Positions 9,957-21,315 of a stretch of 64,000 bases of DNA are shown here, in pieces. Under the pieces are notes generated by a model. That model did not search any database. It was given only the letters and a program-made list of their open reading frames with translations, and had not been told where the DNA came from. Numbering within the stretch: position 1 is the first letter of the stretch; every line of letters begins with the position of its first letter. The stretch is from positions 1,488,001-1,552,000 of the forward strand of contig OX337241.1 of the NCBI GenBank assembly GCA_946965045.2, in the 5' to 3' direction. Both the position numbers and the translations under genes were made by a program. The stretch comes from Epithemia pelagica. Lineage: Eukaryota > Protista > Bacillariophyta.

Positions 9957-11453
9957 GGTGATTGGGTTCACGTAGAAACGGCACGTAGAAAGCAGTACTA
10001 AAAGACTATAGGCTAAAAGAGTAGGCGTAGAAAAAAGATCGACATCGAAAAAGTTTTGACTTGAAAGCAAGGTTCTACAAGAACGTACCTTTGCTGCGGT
10101 ATTATTTGTTGCGAGACCTTTGTCACTTATAGGATGGGGAGACCGAACGGATTGAAACCAACCATGTACAGAAGGCTTTGGTTTCTGGAGGGCACCACGG
10201 TCACCGCGACACTACCCACACAACGCATGTATGTGGAGCGCCAACAACTGACACACCATGCCGTCTGCGTCCGTTTTCTTGGATTTGTCTTGGATCAGCA
10301 AGGCAGGAGCGCAGCGACACAACGACTCTACTTACACGTGACATAACGAGCAGCTTTGGTTTGGCAGCATATGTACGATATGGTTTGGTCGTTGGCGCAG
10401 ATCATGGTCCAAATTCCGACAGCCCTCAAAATTTTCGTTCTTCCAACTTCCCCAACGGTCGGTTCGCCCCGTCTTCCGCATCTTCGCGCAACTCTCCTCG
10501 TGCATGCCAAAACAACCATAGGTACTGTACAGTCGATTCATGCTATTGTATTGTCCATAGTGCGCGCTCACCGAACACCGAACCTCTCAGGGGAAAATCT
10601 GCGATCGAAAAAAGTGTTGGATGCTGATATTGCCATTTGCCATGACACACTTTGGTGTACAATGGGATTGTTCATTGCGTGAACACTTTTTCTTTGCGTC
10701 CGGTGTGGGTACGGTTGCATGTAGGCTTTTGTTTGGACGAAAACGTTTTGGTGGGGAGAGCAAAGCAAGCAAAGAGGACTGAGTCTTCATGACTTGGACC
10801 AATCAATTGGAAAATGTTGAATCCTCCGATAGTCCACTCATGGAACAGATTCTCACCTGAGGTGGAATCAAGACCTACGAATGAGGACGGCAACCGCAAG
10901 CAGCAGCTCACCATATCCAGCAGGCTCGAATGTTCCGTCTTGGTGAAATCGCAAGTCAATCTTGGTCGTGTGATTGCTGGTTTCCGTTCCTTCTCTCGCA
11001 CTCGCAACGGACTGGGACGTGTTTGGGAACAAACTCGAGTCGCGCTCGACCATTTGATCCACCAATATATACTCGTATTCCATGTTTGGGGCACCAGTCG
11101 AATGGCCATAAAGTCTTGGATTGACAGAACACGATTGAACGGATGCGAGATATCCGGTTGCTTTCACCTTGCTACTACCCTATACCTTCTCTACGACACC
11201 GAAACGGATACTGTAATTCTGTCAACGTGACGCAAAATATGGAAACCGATAGTATCGAGGATTCGTGGCCATGGGCTGTCGCGTTCCAGCCAAGTCGTGA
11301 CAGTACATGCTGCAAGTACTCGCAATGACGAAACAGGTAGAATGTTTGAAATGCATTTCCTTGTTTCTGTGATCACAAAAATCATTCAGTGAAATTTGAA
11401 AAACGACATAACAACTCTCGAACAAAACAAGGCTATCATACAAGGTTCTGACC

Positions 11454-13818
11454 ATGATCTCAACTCACTGGTCATCCCGCCATGTTGTTGCCTTGGCAGC
11501 AACATGGCTTTTCAGTGGCATTGTACCAACACTAGCTCAAGACTGGAGTCTTTACAAGCGAAGTGGCAAAAGCCTCGAACGAACGAGTTCCTTCAGTGAA
11601 GAAAATGCGGGATACTCTGGTCGACAAACGGCTCCCATTGCTGGATTTGCTTGTTCGGGCGATTTCTGTGACAACAAGCAACTCGTTGTGGTTCGCAATG
11701 GCAATGAGACACCCTTGCAGAATACAGGACATTGGACGCATTGGTTTACCGACGTGGAAGCACCAACTTGGGCAGACTGTCCTTCCAATATGCTGGTGAA
11801 TGAGCTTCAGTGCCGGGGTGATTATTGTGATGACATTCGACTTCAATGCGGCACTCTTTACGATGGTTACCGTGTGGACAGGAACGATGTCAAGACTGTG
11901 GATTGGTTTTCCGAGGAACAAGGTGAGCAACTTTGTCCGGACGGATACTACGTGTTTGGTATGGCGTGTCGTGGGCATTACTGCGATGATATGAAGTTAC
12001 GTTGCGCTCGAGTGGAATGGATTGCTTCGTCAAACCACGCATGGGATATTTTTTCACGGTCCGGCAAGAACATTGAACGAACGAGTTCCTTCAGCGAAGA
12101 AAATGCGGGATACTCTGGTCGACAAACAGCTCCCATTGCTGGATTTGCTTCTTCGGGCGATTTCTGTGACAACAAGCAACTCGTTGTGGTTCGCAATGGC
12201 AACGAAGCACCCTTGCAGAATACAGGACATTGGACGCAATGGTTTTCAGACGTGGAAGCACCAACTTGGGCGGACTGTCCTTCCATTATGCTTGTGAATG
12301 AGCTCCAGTGCAGGGGGCATTATTGCGATGACATTCGACTTCAATGCGGCACTCTTCAGGAGAGCTACCGTGTCGACAGGAACGATGTAAGGACTGTGGA
12401 TTGGTTTTCCGAGGAGCAAGGTGAGGAGCTTTGTCCAGACGGATACTACGTGTTTGGTATGGCGTGTCGTGGGTATTACTGCGATGATATGAAGTTACAT
12501 TGCGCTCGTGTGGACAGGGTAAATTGTACCGCTCCTTCTACGCCAGCGCCCCCGGTTACTCCACCCAAACCACCTGTCACTCCAACAATGCCACCTGTCA
12601 CTCCACCAAGGCCGGCTCCTCCCCCGCCACGACCATCGCCTCCTGCCAAACCCAGTTGGACATTGTACACGCGGGCAGCCAAGAAGATTGAACGCACCAA
12701 GTCTTTTAGCGATGAAGGCTCAGGATATTCGGGACGCCAGACCGCACCAATTGCAGGAGTTATCTGCTCTGGTCGCTACTGCGATAACAAACGTCTTGTC
12801 GTAGTCCGACACGGTAAAGACACACCGCTTCGAGCGACGGGCCACTGGACACGCTGGTTCACCGATGGTGATCCTAGCTGGGCCGACTGTCCTTCGGGTA
12901 TGCTGGTGAATGAATTTCAGTACAAAGGTCGATACTGTGATGATGTCCGACTTCAATGTGGACGTTTGAGCGGAGACTACCGGGTGGATCTGAGTGACGT
13001 GAAAACGGCAAACTGGTTCTCTGAGGAGGAAGGTGAGCGGTTGTGCCCCGACGGCTACTACGTATTTGGTATGGCTTGTCGTGGACGATATTGCGATGGG
13101 ATCAAATTAAATTGTAGGCGGGTAGACTGGAGGCCAAAACCGTCTCCCCCCAAGAATGTTGTCGCTGATTCGTTAAAGTTTGCACCCATCTATTTCTTTG
13201 ACGGCAAGGCTCAGGATACTGTGTCCCTGATTACCCCATAAGTGACAACAATGGAGTTTGTCGCAAACAATGGCATAGTCCGATGCCCACTCTCGTGGAA
13301 TACAGCCACTGTGACGGATATGAAGTGTACACCTTTTGGCTGTGGTATGGTTGGCAGAATGGATGTTTCTTTTGCACAGGAGGACGCCACGACAACGATT
13401 GGGAGCATGTCTCTGTGTTTGTGGAGAATGAACGCGTTCAGCGTGTCATTTACCATTTACATGCTTAACACTATACCCGTGTCCGCGGAAGCTTTGAACA
13501 GAGCGGAGAACGTCCTCATGTGTATATTGGCAAGACCGCCCATGGTTCATACCACGCGAATGTGACGGTGTTTGTGACTTCAAGGAGTTGTTTGTTGGTT
13601 GTCTCGGTTCCGTTAACTATTGTCAAGGAGGATGTGGGTATTGGGACGACTTTCGCAACCCTGGGCGTCGTGTTTCCTACTTGAGGGTGATAGACTTGCA
13701 GCGCGGTAAGACAATCGACGGGATTAAGAGGCCTGCACGCAATATTTGCGTTGAACCATGCGAGGGTTCAGGATCACGACTGATCCACACTGGTGGATGC
13801 TGGCAGAATAATGGCTAA
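11454..13818 (+). pseudogene. Secreted protein: signal peptide + 3 Cys-rich ~160-aa modules + Pro linker + NPP1/NLP-like domain disrupted by 2 frameshifts and 1 stop
   Basis: Intact ORF 11454-13241. A -1 shift at ~13217 leads to YCVPDYP...YTFWLWYG...GGRHDNDWEHVSVF. TAA at 13466-68 is followed in frame by HYTRVRG...PHVYIGKTAHGSYH. A second -1 shift at ~13560 leads to CDGVCDF...GCGYWDDFRNPG...WQNNG*. Confidence 0.8.
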
Positions 13819-14548
13819 GTGTCAGCACCAGAGTCAATGGATTCTTGTCCACTTCATGAGACTTAGTCTTGTTCCTAGCCATGAAGACTGTATGTGAGAA
13901 AAAGACTATTAGGTAAACATGGAGATCAAGAACTTAACTTTGGCCAATGCGGTGCTTCCATAACAGTAGGGCCTAAAAATGTAAGAAAGAGAGTCATCAC
14001 ACAAAAATAGGAAGAAGACTCAAAATAGAGAGGATCGATAGACAAGAATCGCATCTTTAATATAGCTTGACCCAGTCCCCAGATGACAGTTCTGGACCGG
14101 CTTTGTCGTCTATCAATGGTGTGACACACTGTGACCCAAAACTGAGGCAAGGATCGATTGGATGTGATGTACGAGAGTGATTCACGGCTAATACCAGGAA
14201 CATACTCCTACGTGTTTAATGCTCTGTTAGCTTGGTTACTATGGGGGTCATCGCTCGGACTACTCCGACAAGTTTTATTTTTCACTCTAGGGTTAAAGTT
14301 TAAATTAGTATTAATACTTCCCGGTGTCGAGTCCTTTCAAGGAGGGACCGCCCGGCGCGGAGGGTAGAATGACGAGGAGGGCAATGGTCGAGGAGGGCGC
14401 ACGCCCGACAAGACAATTGCCCGTCGAGTCATTCTCCCGACAAGCCGGGCGCCCCCGACGCGAGAGGACGGCCAGACACAGGGAAGTAGTAAACTTACTC
14501 CCTATCAAGCTGTGTAGGTAGTGAGAAATTCCTGGAAGCCATGTCACA

Positions 14549-14581
14549 AAGTGTCACACAAGTGTCACACAAGTGTCACAC
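14549..14581. repeat. 11-bp tandem repeat (AAGTGTCACAC)x3 inside a 13-bp inverted-repeat pair (14510-14522 / 14666-14678)
   Basis: Read directly. CTGTGTAGGTAGT and ACTACCTACACAG flank it. Confidence 0.7.
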
Positions 14582-14824
14582 ACGAGAGGGAAACCGCACG
14601 ACTCGCACGAAACTACTTCCCGGTCGTACAAAAAATTCCTACTGTAGTATAAAAATGTGAGAGGAACTACCTACACAGTCTGGTATGGCGTTAGAAAATC
14701 ACCACTCACCATGACTTGATGCGGCCGTTCATCAGATCAAGACCCTGACAGAAGTCGAAGCCTCATGAGTGTCGAAACAAGTCGGTAATGGGAGGACAGA
14801 TGAAAAAAGGGGATCTACAACATC

Positions 14825-16144
14825 ATGAGTACTCAGCCACCATCACGTCTGTTTGATTATAACAATCGCAATACGCTAGATGATCTGCGGCTGAATGCGT
14901 TCGCATCCGATGGCTCGACAAGCACTCCTCGTATTCCTCCGGAACTACTTTACGAACCGTTCCAACAATTTTTGGTGGATACCACCACGCCATTGCGTTC
15001 TTTAGATGACGAACGAATGAGCATTCCGTCGCTTCAACCACCTTCTGACTACTTCCGTTTCGTCACAGAGTTCCTGCGATGCACTGCGCGGAGATATGCT
15101 CAGGAGGAGCATTATTCCCAGGCTCTCAACTCCGTTTTGACGAAGTTAATCGGCGTTACCATGGGGAGGAACCTCACTCCGCGAGGGCCCGGGGAACGTG
15201 AAGGAAACGCCGATGGTGCTATCGTATACACTCCCCTCGGCGCTTCTCGACATTTCATTATCATTCGGGAAGATACACTGGGGAGTGGATCCGGTGGCGG
15301 CGATAGCATGGTCGAATTGGTCGGCCACTATCAGAATATTTTGCTTTGTGATCCACCAAGGCCAACATCACCGACTATCCTCGTGGAGGTTGTAGGGACT
15401 CGCTTGATCATTTCGCTTGCCGCATGTGACAATGAGCGCAAGTTGTCAATTGCACCGGCCGTTCTTTGCAAGAGTCTCAATGTCCAAGCAGCCCCTGAAC
15501 CTCTGTTCGCGGAACTGGCGGCAGTTTTCATTGGTCTCCGGAGACTAACGGCCACCATAGCAGGGCAATGCACAACAGGATTTCCTCAGCCACTATACTC
15601 GCAGGAGGCACGAAGAGGCCCTAATCTTGTTTTTCAAAGACCCGACGGGGGCTTTGACAAGTTCCTCCGTCAAGGTGCTTCGTACGGCGAAGATGCCCAC
15701 AACTGGTGCAGTACAATGCGCTTCGCACCAACCTTTGTCGTGAAAGAAGTTTGCCCCGGGTGGAAGAAGGTACAGATGGAGGCGACTGGTGACGAATGGA
15801 AAATTGCTGTTGGTGCAGCGGGGTCATCACTTAGAGACAAAGTTGTGGCCAAGGTCACAAAGATGTTGCACCTGCTTCACGAAGCTGGCTATGTACATGG
15901 AGATGTTCGCGCATCCAATGTGATTTATAGGGTTGGCAAATCAGAGAAAGACGATGAACATCAGCAAGATGTACAAGTTATGCTGATCGACTTTGATGAT
16001 GCTGGAAGGGTGCCTGATGCCCACTACAGTCTGCTGCCATTCAATCCAGATGTCCCTTCACACCCTAATGTCATGCCTGGCGGGAAAATAGACGCGGAGC
16101 ATGATTTGTGGAGAGTTGAGGACAACGATCGATTTTTCAAGTAA
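14825..16144 (+). CDS. REase-like + protein-kinase-like protein (Crinkler/CR-effector-type architecture), 439 aa, intronless
   Basis: Kinase motifs xDKF (Lys), HGDVRASNV, LIDFDDAG, DAEHD. N-half has PPELLYEPFQQF and ADGAI...IIIRED..GSG, resembling a degenerate PD-(D/E)xK module. Confidence 0.72.
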   Translation: MSTQPPSRLFDYNNRNTLDDLRLNAFASDGSTSTPRIPPELLYEPFQQFLVDTTTPLRSLDDERMSIPSLQPPSDYFRFVTEFLRCTARRYAQEEHYSQALNSVLTKLIGVTMGRNLTPRGPGEREGNADGAIVYTPLGASRHFIIIREDTLGSGSGGGDSMVELVGHYQNILLCDPPRPTSPTILVEVVGTRLIISLAACDNERKLSIAPAVLCKSLNVQAAPEPLFAELAAVFIGLRRLTATIAGQCTTGFPQPLYSQEARRGPNLVFQRPDGGFDKFLRQGASYGEDAHNWCSTMRFAPTFVVKEVCPGWKKVQMEATGDEWKIAVGAAGSSLRDKVVAKVTKMLHLLHEAGYVHGDVRASNVIYRVGKSEKDDEHQQDVQVMLIDFDDAGRVPDAHYSLLPFNPDVPSHPNVMPGGKIDAEHDLWRVEDNDRFFK

Positions 16145-16479
16145 ATGACCACGCTTCATCATCATTGACACAACTGCGCACTTCAGTGTCCTACCACGGT
16201 TTTGAAAAGGTTAGCACACCTGTAGCCTGTAAGGCATTCCAGAGGGACACGTCGATTCTTGCGGGAGAGCGTGTGTGCACCACGAAACATCGCCTAGATG
16301 CGACCAGCGGCATCTTCACGAATAGCTCCTTCCCAATCTCCGTACCGACGATACGTGCTAGCCATGAGAGCTCGAACGAAAGTTACCTCGAATCGTCGGG
16401 TCTGTGCCCCTAACGCTCTATAGCAGGAACGGTGCGTTTCCTCTCGTCCACCGAGAGTCAACGCACGGTGAATCATCGT

Positions 16480-17281
16480 GCCAGCATCATGGTCGTGCGG
16501 AACGGGTGGAGGAAGCCGAAGGTCTCCTTACCATTATGAAAGATTTTGCAGAGAGGACGGCAGATCCAAATCTTCATTGGATGCCGTCTGCTTCAATGCC
16601 TTGATCTGGGTCTGGGCCAGAGCCGGTGGTGCCGAAGCCATTTTTCTTCATATGGTCGCAGCCATGGACGCAATAGTGGTAGATGGAAGTGGAAGTGAAC
16701 TGCTGCTGTCCCAGAAAAACTTGACTGGTGTCCTGACTTCTTTCAAGGGAACCAGATGCCGCCCGTCGCCTAGATTATTCAACAATTGGAAAAATTCTTG
16801 AAAGAGCAGCAGCACAAGTGCTCATGGCACAACAGTACAGTTTAATGTGGTCATTGGGGCCTGGTCCAGTTCGAAATCGAACAAAGCGGCCATGAAAGCC
16901 ACAGCTATCTTTGAATGTGTAAAGCAGTGGAAGATTGCGCCAGATATAATCACCGACAACAGCGGGTAAAACTGGGTAGAACAAGATGCCCAGCAGCGAA
17001 TGGAGAGCATGCTCGACGAAATGCTACGTGAGTCAAGAGAAGAGAGTTCGTTCGTGCAACTAGACTGGCACAATCTTTCGGCCTCTATTTTTGAGCAAAT
17101 GAGAGATCGACGAGTACCGCCCTACTATGTGACCTATAACTTACAACACGGCAATGAAACTCTGGCCCATGAGAATGCGGCCGAACCGCGTCGAAAGGTC
17201 TCTTATCAAGAAATGAAACGTAGATACTACTTGCGGGATGAAAACCTCAAGCCTTCTTATGAGGCGTTTATTACTCGCTGA
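16480..17281 (+). pseudogene. Degraded pentatricopeptide-repeat (PPR) gene fragment
   Basis: PPR-like pieces in different frames: ERVEEAEGLLTIM; CFNALIWVWARAG; QFNVVIGAWSSSKSNKAAMKATAIFECVKQWKIAPDIITDNSG*; IFEQMRDRRVPPYYVTYN. Confidence 0.7.
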
Positions 17282-17676
17282 TAAGCCGAGTCTGCCATAG
17301 GAAATCCGCAAATGACTGTCATGGCACTCCTGGAGCTTGCATCTAAATCTGATGAAGGCTTATTTTCTTTTTGTTATTGTTGTACACAGTCATCCAACTA
17401 CCTACTCCTATTTCATTTTCATCCCGATCGATCATTCATTGGTGTTTCCACCCCGTAGTCACCATAGCTAGCAATCAAGAATGTGCAATCTTATCGTTCT
17501 TTGATCGGCGTATACGCGTGTCCCACATCTACATTTCAACTCATCCTCGCTGGGGAAGAGAATCTTTCTTGCTTCCGGATGACGAACGTGCACGTGCAGA
17601 ACGAAGCAACGAGAAGAGCGTCTCGCAGTCCTCTCCTCAACCCTCCATAGATGTTCCGTCCAATCCATCACATAAT

Positions 17677-18567
17677 ATGCAGATGTCCCGTTTGGTGTTG
17701 ATACCTGTTACTTTGGCCCTTCGAACGGGAATCACATTGGCTTTGTCGGTACAGCCAGCTGCCACCAAAGGAACGAGAGGAATTCCATCTGTTGGAAGAA
17801 TACTGAAACCTGGTCGATCTCTCTCTACTACAACAACGTCTATTTCCGCCACGTCGTCATCTACTGTAATCGAAGGTCCGGAGTTGCCTCCTGTTGGAGC
17901 AACTTCCAAGCGCTTGTTCTTGGTCCGTCATGGAGAAGTGATTAATCCGGGCGGCGATCGGCCAGTGTACTATGGAGCTCAAGATGTCTCGTTATCTCCT
18001 TTGGGCGAAGAAGAAGCGATTGCTGCGGGTGACTATTTAAGCCAATTCGAACTCTCTCATGTCTTTTGCAGTCCCCTGAAACGAGCTATATTTGGTGCAG
18101 AAAAGGTGCTAGAAAAACAAAGCTCAAAAGAAACACTGAAATCCCCGACGCCCATTATTTACGATGGTTTCAAGGAGCTGGATCGTGGCGAGTGGTGCGG
18201 TAAAACAAAAGCCGAAATCGGCGCCGATCAAATGGCTCGATTTGATGCCTGTGATGAATCCGTGACTCCACCTGGTGGGGAATCATATCCAGCACTCAAG
18301 GCCCGAGTATTGGATGCGTTGCGGCAAGTTCTCACTGACCATATGGAAGCCGGTGACGCTGCATCGATTGTTAGTCACTTGCAGGTCACTCGAAGTATGC
18401 TGTCCGAAGCATTGGGAATTCCCACCAATGAAATGGCAGCATTAAAAATAGCCACAGCGAGTGTCACATGCATCGACTACGATGAGAACAACCAACCAAT
18501 GATGGTGCACTTCCAAAGCTTCAAACCAAACGTCGGGTTGGCTGTTGCCAAGGACGGGGCAAACTAG
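17677..18567 (+). CDS. Histidine phosphatase / phosphoglycerate mutase-family protein with N-terminal targeting peptide
   Basis: LFLVRHGE, CSPLKRA, ELDRGEW, GGES, IVSH motifs. First ATG at 17677 followed by a hydrophobic stretch then an S/T-rich stretch (possible plastid bipartite signal). Confidence 0.9.
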   Translation: MQMSRLVLIPVTLALRTGITLALSVQPAATKGTRGIPSVGRILKPGRSLSTTTTSISATSSSTVIEGPELPPVGATSKRLFLVRHGEVINPGGDRPVYYGAQDVSLSPLGEEEAIAAGDYLSQFELSHVFCSPLKRAIFGAEKVLEKQSSKETLKSPTPIIYDGFKELDRGEWCGKTKAEIGADQMARFDACDESVTPPGGESYPALKARVLDALRQVLTDHMEAGDAASIVSHLQVTRSMLSEALGIPTNEMAALKIATASVTCIDYDENNQPMMVHFQSFKPNVGLAVAKDGAN

Positions 18568-18713
18568 GTAAGTGAATCATTACATACATAGTTAACTTAT
18601 CTTATCAATTGTTTCGGGTGGACATTACGAAGATGTTGGGCAGTGAAAGGACAAAAATAGACGGTTGATTCATTTCACATTGGGACGACACAGATATCCT
18701 TCATAGTCTCGCA

Positions 18714-19779
18714 TCACGGAACCACTGATGCACTAGCTACAGGATTGTTTCCATCGTCAGTATCATATGCGGGAACTGCTGTTGCGGCAGCAACAGCATC
18801 ACCGCCTTGTGTTTTTCTGGTTTCCGTCACGGTTTTGCTTCCATCCGTTTGATAGACTGTGGTAGTGGTGACTGTGGTTCGAGTACCATCTTCGTCCACG
18901 ATAGTTTGCTCTACTGTCTCCGTCCTTGCACCTGCAGGAGTTTGAGCATTTGTCTCGCTGGCCCTGACCACTGGTGGCGACTCATTTTTAGCACTCGCCT
19001 TTGGTTCGGGAAGAAACAACATGGACAGCCCGGTACCGAACCATAGGCACGATGCCGCAATGGCCAAATACCCGTCTTGCCGAAGTTCGCAGCTGGACGA
19101 GTCGGAGCACAAATCAGATAACAGCATCGTCTGAACACAACGAAATATAAGTCATAAACAACTTGAGATGATTTGTGTACTGTTTAGTTTGAGCAACGTA
19201 CCAACGTGAATATAAGAAGCAATGCAAAAATGAAGAAGGCAGCTGCACTCAATTGTTCGAGATTTTTGGGAAACGAGGTACACGTCGTAATCATCAACAC
19301 AATCCACATAATAATGGCACTATTGCTGGTCAACATCGTAGCAAACCTAGTGTATCGGATGGCTCCATCCCGTTCGGTCTCGCCCAAATCACTGTTGACG
19401 CTCCATCGTACACAACTTCCATCCCCGAAGAAGGGAATATCTTCCACCAACCAGGGGCCCACCGTGATGGACTCTTCGCGTCCCAGCCTTTCGACGTAGA
19501 AGCTTGTTTCAAAGTAACGACAGTCGTAAGTCACAACCCATGTGATGACCAACGCTGCGCTACATAGCACAATCGGTAGGAGCGTGTACGGTCCATACAA
19601 ACAACAGCCACAGCCATCTTCCCTGGAGAAACACAAAATAGAACGGTAAGGATTCAGAACATGAGGTCGGCGTCATCGCGGTGCTTTATGGGTTTCGGTT
19701 TGCTTGTAACAGACAACACCAAAACACCGATTGTTTGAAATCGACTTTGCTCGACCTACCTGTTATAATTAGACGGCAT
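18714..19779 (-). CDS. Multi-pass membrane protein (about 4 TM, Cys in loops), 3 exons: 19779-19760, 19622-19202, 19130-18714
   Basis: GT-AG introns 19759-19623 and 19201-19131 join the track ORFs in frame (MPSNYNR|EDGCGCC...IFTL|TMLLSDLC). T-rich C-terminal tail. Confidence 0.7.
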
Positions 19780-19913
19780 ATCAGAAGTATTCGAAATAGA
19801 CAAGTTCTACAATCACGGAGTTCGTTGCTTTGGTTGTGGTGGAGGCCGATGATATCTGTTATGAAGAATTTTTTTCCATTTTCATTGTTCGCCATCGTGG
19901 ATCGCATCCGGAA

Positions 19914-21315
19914 GAGGGGAGTGAAATGACAGACTTTCATGACAGACTTTCATGACAGACTTTCGGATAAACTTTCAACTTTAGAGGGAATTTCGGCCCA
20001 ACGAGATTCACTCTATACATTTTCCCGAAGTAAAAAACTAAGATGAATTGCCCCTCATCCCTCACATGGACCGACCGATCAATGAGATGCACACCATGGC
20101 GAGGAGGCTCTAACACAACAGCAATCAACCCGCCTCCTCTACTTGTATGAACATGACTAATTGAGTGAGAGCATGTACTAGTTAGCTTTGTACATACTTG
20201 TATGTGTCATACTCGTAGGCAATCGTTTCGTCCATCCATCCTCGTTCACCATCCTGTCTTTTGCCTGCATCGATCCATTTGTCTTTGTCTTTGTTTATTG
20301 TTGTTTCACCATCCAGTAAGAGTGTCAAGATTCGATAAGGTGCTCTCGTTTACGGCGTCCACTCCTTCTTCCACTCGAACTGTGTTATCGGGAGCAGCCG
20401 AATGGTGCTGTTGCCATGCCGTCGTCGCCGATTGTTTTGCCGTTGGGCAGAAACGAGGAGTTGATTGTTGAGTATGTTGTTCTTGTGGTTGTAGCCGCAT
20501 GTTGTTGTTGTCGCTGTCGTTGTTGTAGCCGCATGTTGTTGTTGTCGCTGTCGTTGTCGACGCTTGCTGTCTTGTCGCATGTCGTTGCTGCAGTCGCCGC
20601 ATGTCGTTGTTGCTTCTTGTTGTCATTGACGGGCACAGTCTCGTGCACTGGGTTCGGTGACAGCGAGTAGTTGATTGTTGCGTGCGGGTTGTTTTTGTTG
20701 TTGTTGCCGAGTGTTGTCATTGTTCGTTGTTCGTTGGCAGCGAGTAGTTGGTAGGTGATTGTTTGCTGCTTCCTTGGCGTGGTTGGTTCCATCATTGTTG
20801 GGTCCAAACGAGCAGTCTGATTACGGGAAATCAAGACACTAAAAGGCAATATTCTCTCTATCATGTGTAGATATGATGTTGGTTGGGAACATTTTTTTGT
20901 ATTGTAAATAGAAGATACTACAAAAATAAAAAGTTTTCCCGAATGTCTGTCAAAAAGCTACCTGAAACTCCGAATGTCTGTCAAAAAGCTACCTGAAACT
21001 CCGAATGTCTGTCAAACAACTACCCCGAAAGTCTGTCATTTCACTTTTTCAGGCCTGAATAGCGAAATGACAGACATTCGGGTAAACATTCGTTTTTAGA
21101 GTTAGGGTTAAACGGGGTATCCTCGTCATGAATTTGAAGTGGCACTGACGAGACAAGAAGGGCTGTAGTAAAATGACATTTTATTTTAATGAAGAGTGCA
21201 TGTGGAAGAGCAACATTGACATGGAGTGCAACCGGATAGTCTGTCCGTATAACAGTCAACATTTTGAAAGTTTATCCGAAAGTCTGTCATGAAAGTCTGT
21301 CATTTCGCTATTCCC
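19914..21315. mobile_element. Non-autonomous Mutator-like (MULE) composite TIR element
   Basis: 9-bp direct repeat CATCCGGAA at 19905-13 and 21316-24. Outer ends share the inverted array (ATGACAGACTTTC)n-GGATAAACTTTCAA. 31-bp subterminal tandem repeats at 20939-21016. No transposase. Confidence 0.8.

Larger units (their letters stand above)
1256..10054 (-). mobile_element. Full-length non-LTR retrotransposon (Ambal-like; ORF1 + APE-RT-RNaseH ORF2), ~8.8 kb
   Basis: Direct repeat TTTGACTTGAAAGCAA at 1240-1255 and 10055-10070 (16-bp TSD). (TTA)4 tail at 1256-1267 in element sense, ~170-bp 3' UTR, ~100-bp 5' UTR, two uninterrupted ORFs. Confidence 0.93.

Noticed and set aside
9957-10070. Track extension of ORF1 to a TTG at 10070
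   Set aside because: That codon lies in the target-site duplication, outside the element; first ATG is 9956.
10071-11450. Several 60-150-aa ORFs
   Set aside because: No coherent motif or splice model; left unannotated.
11540-13130. Repeated DNA blocks that could look like a CRISPR-type array
   Set aside because: They are in-frame protein module repeats (~490 bp), not short repeats with unique spacers.
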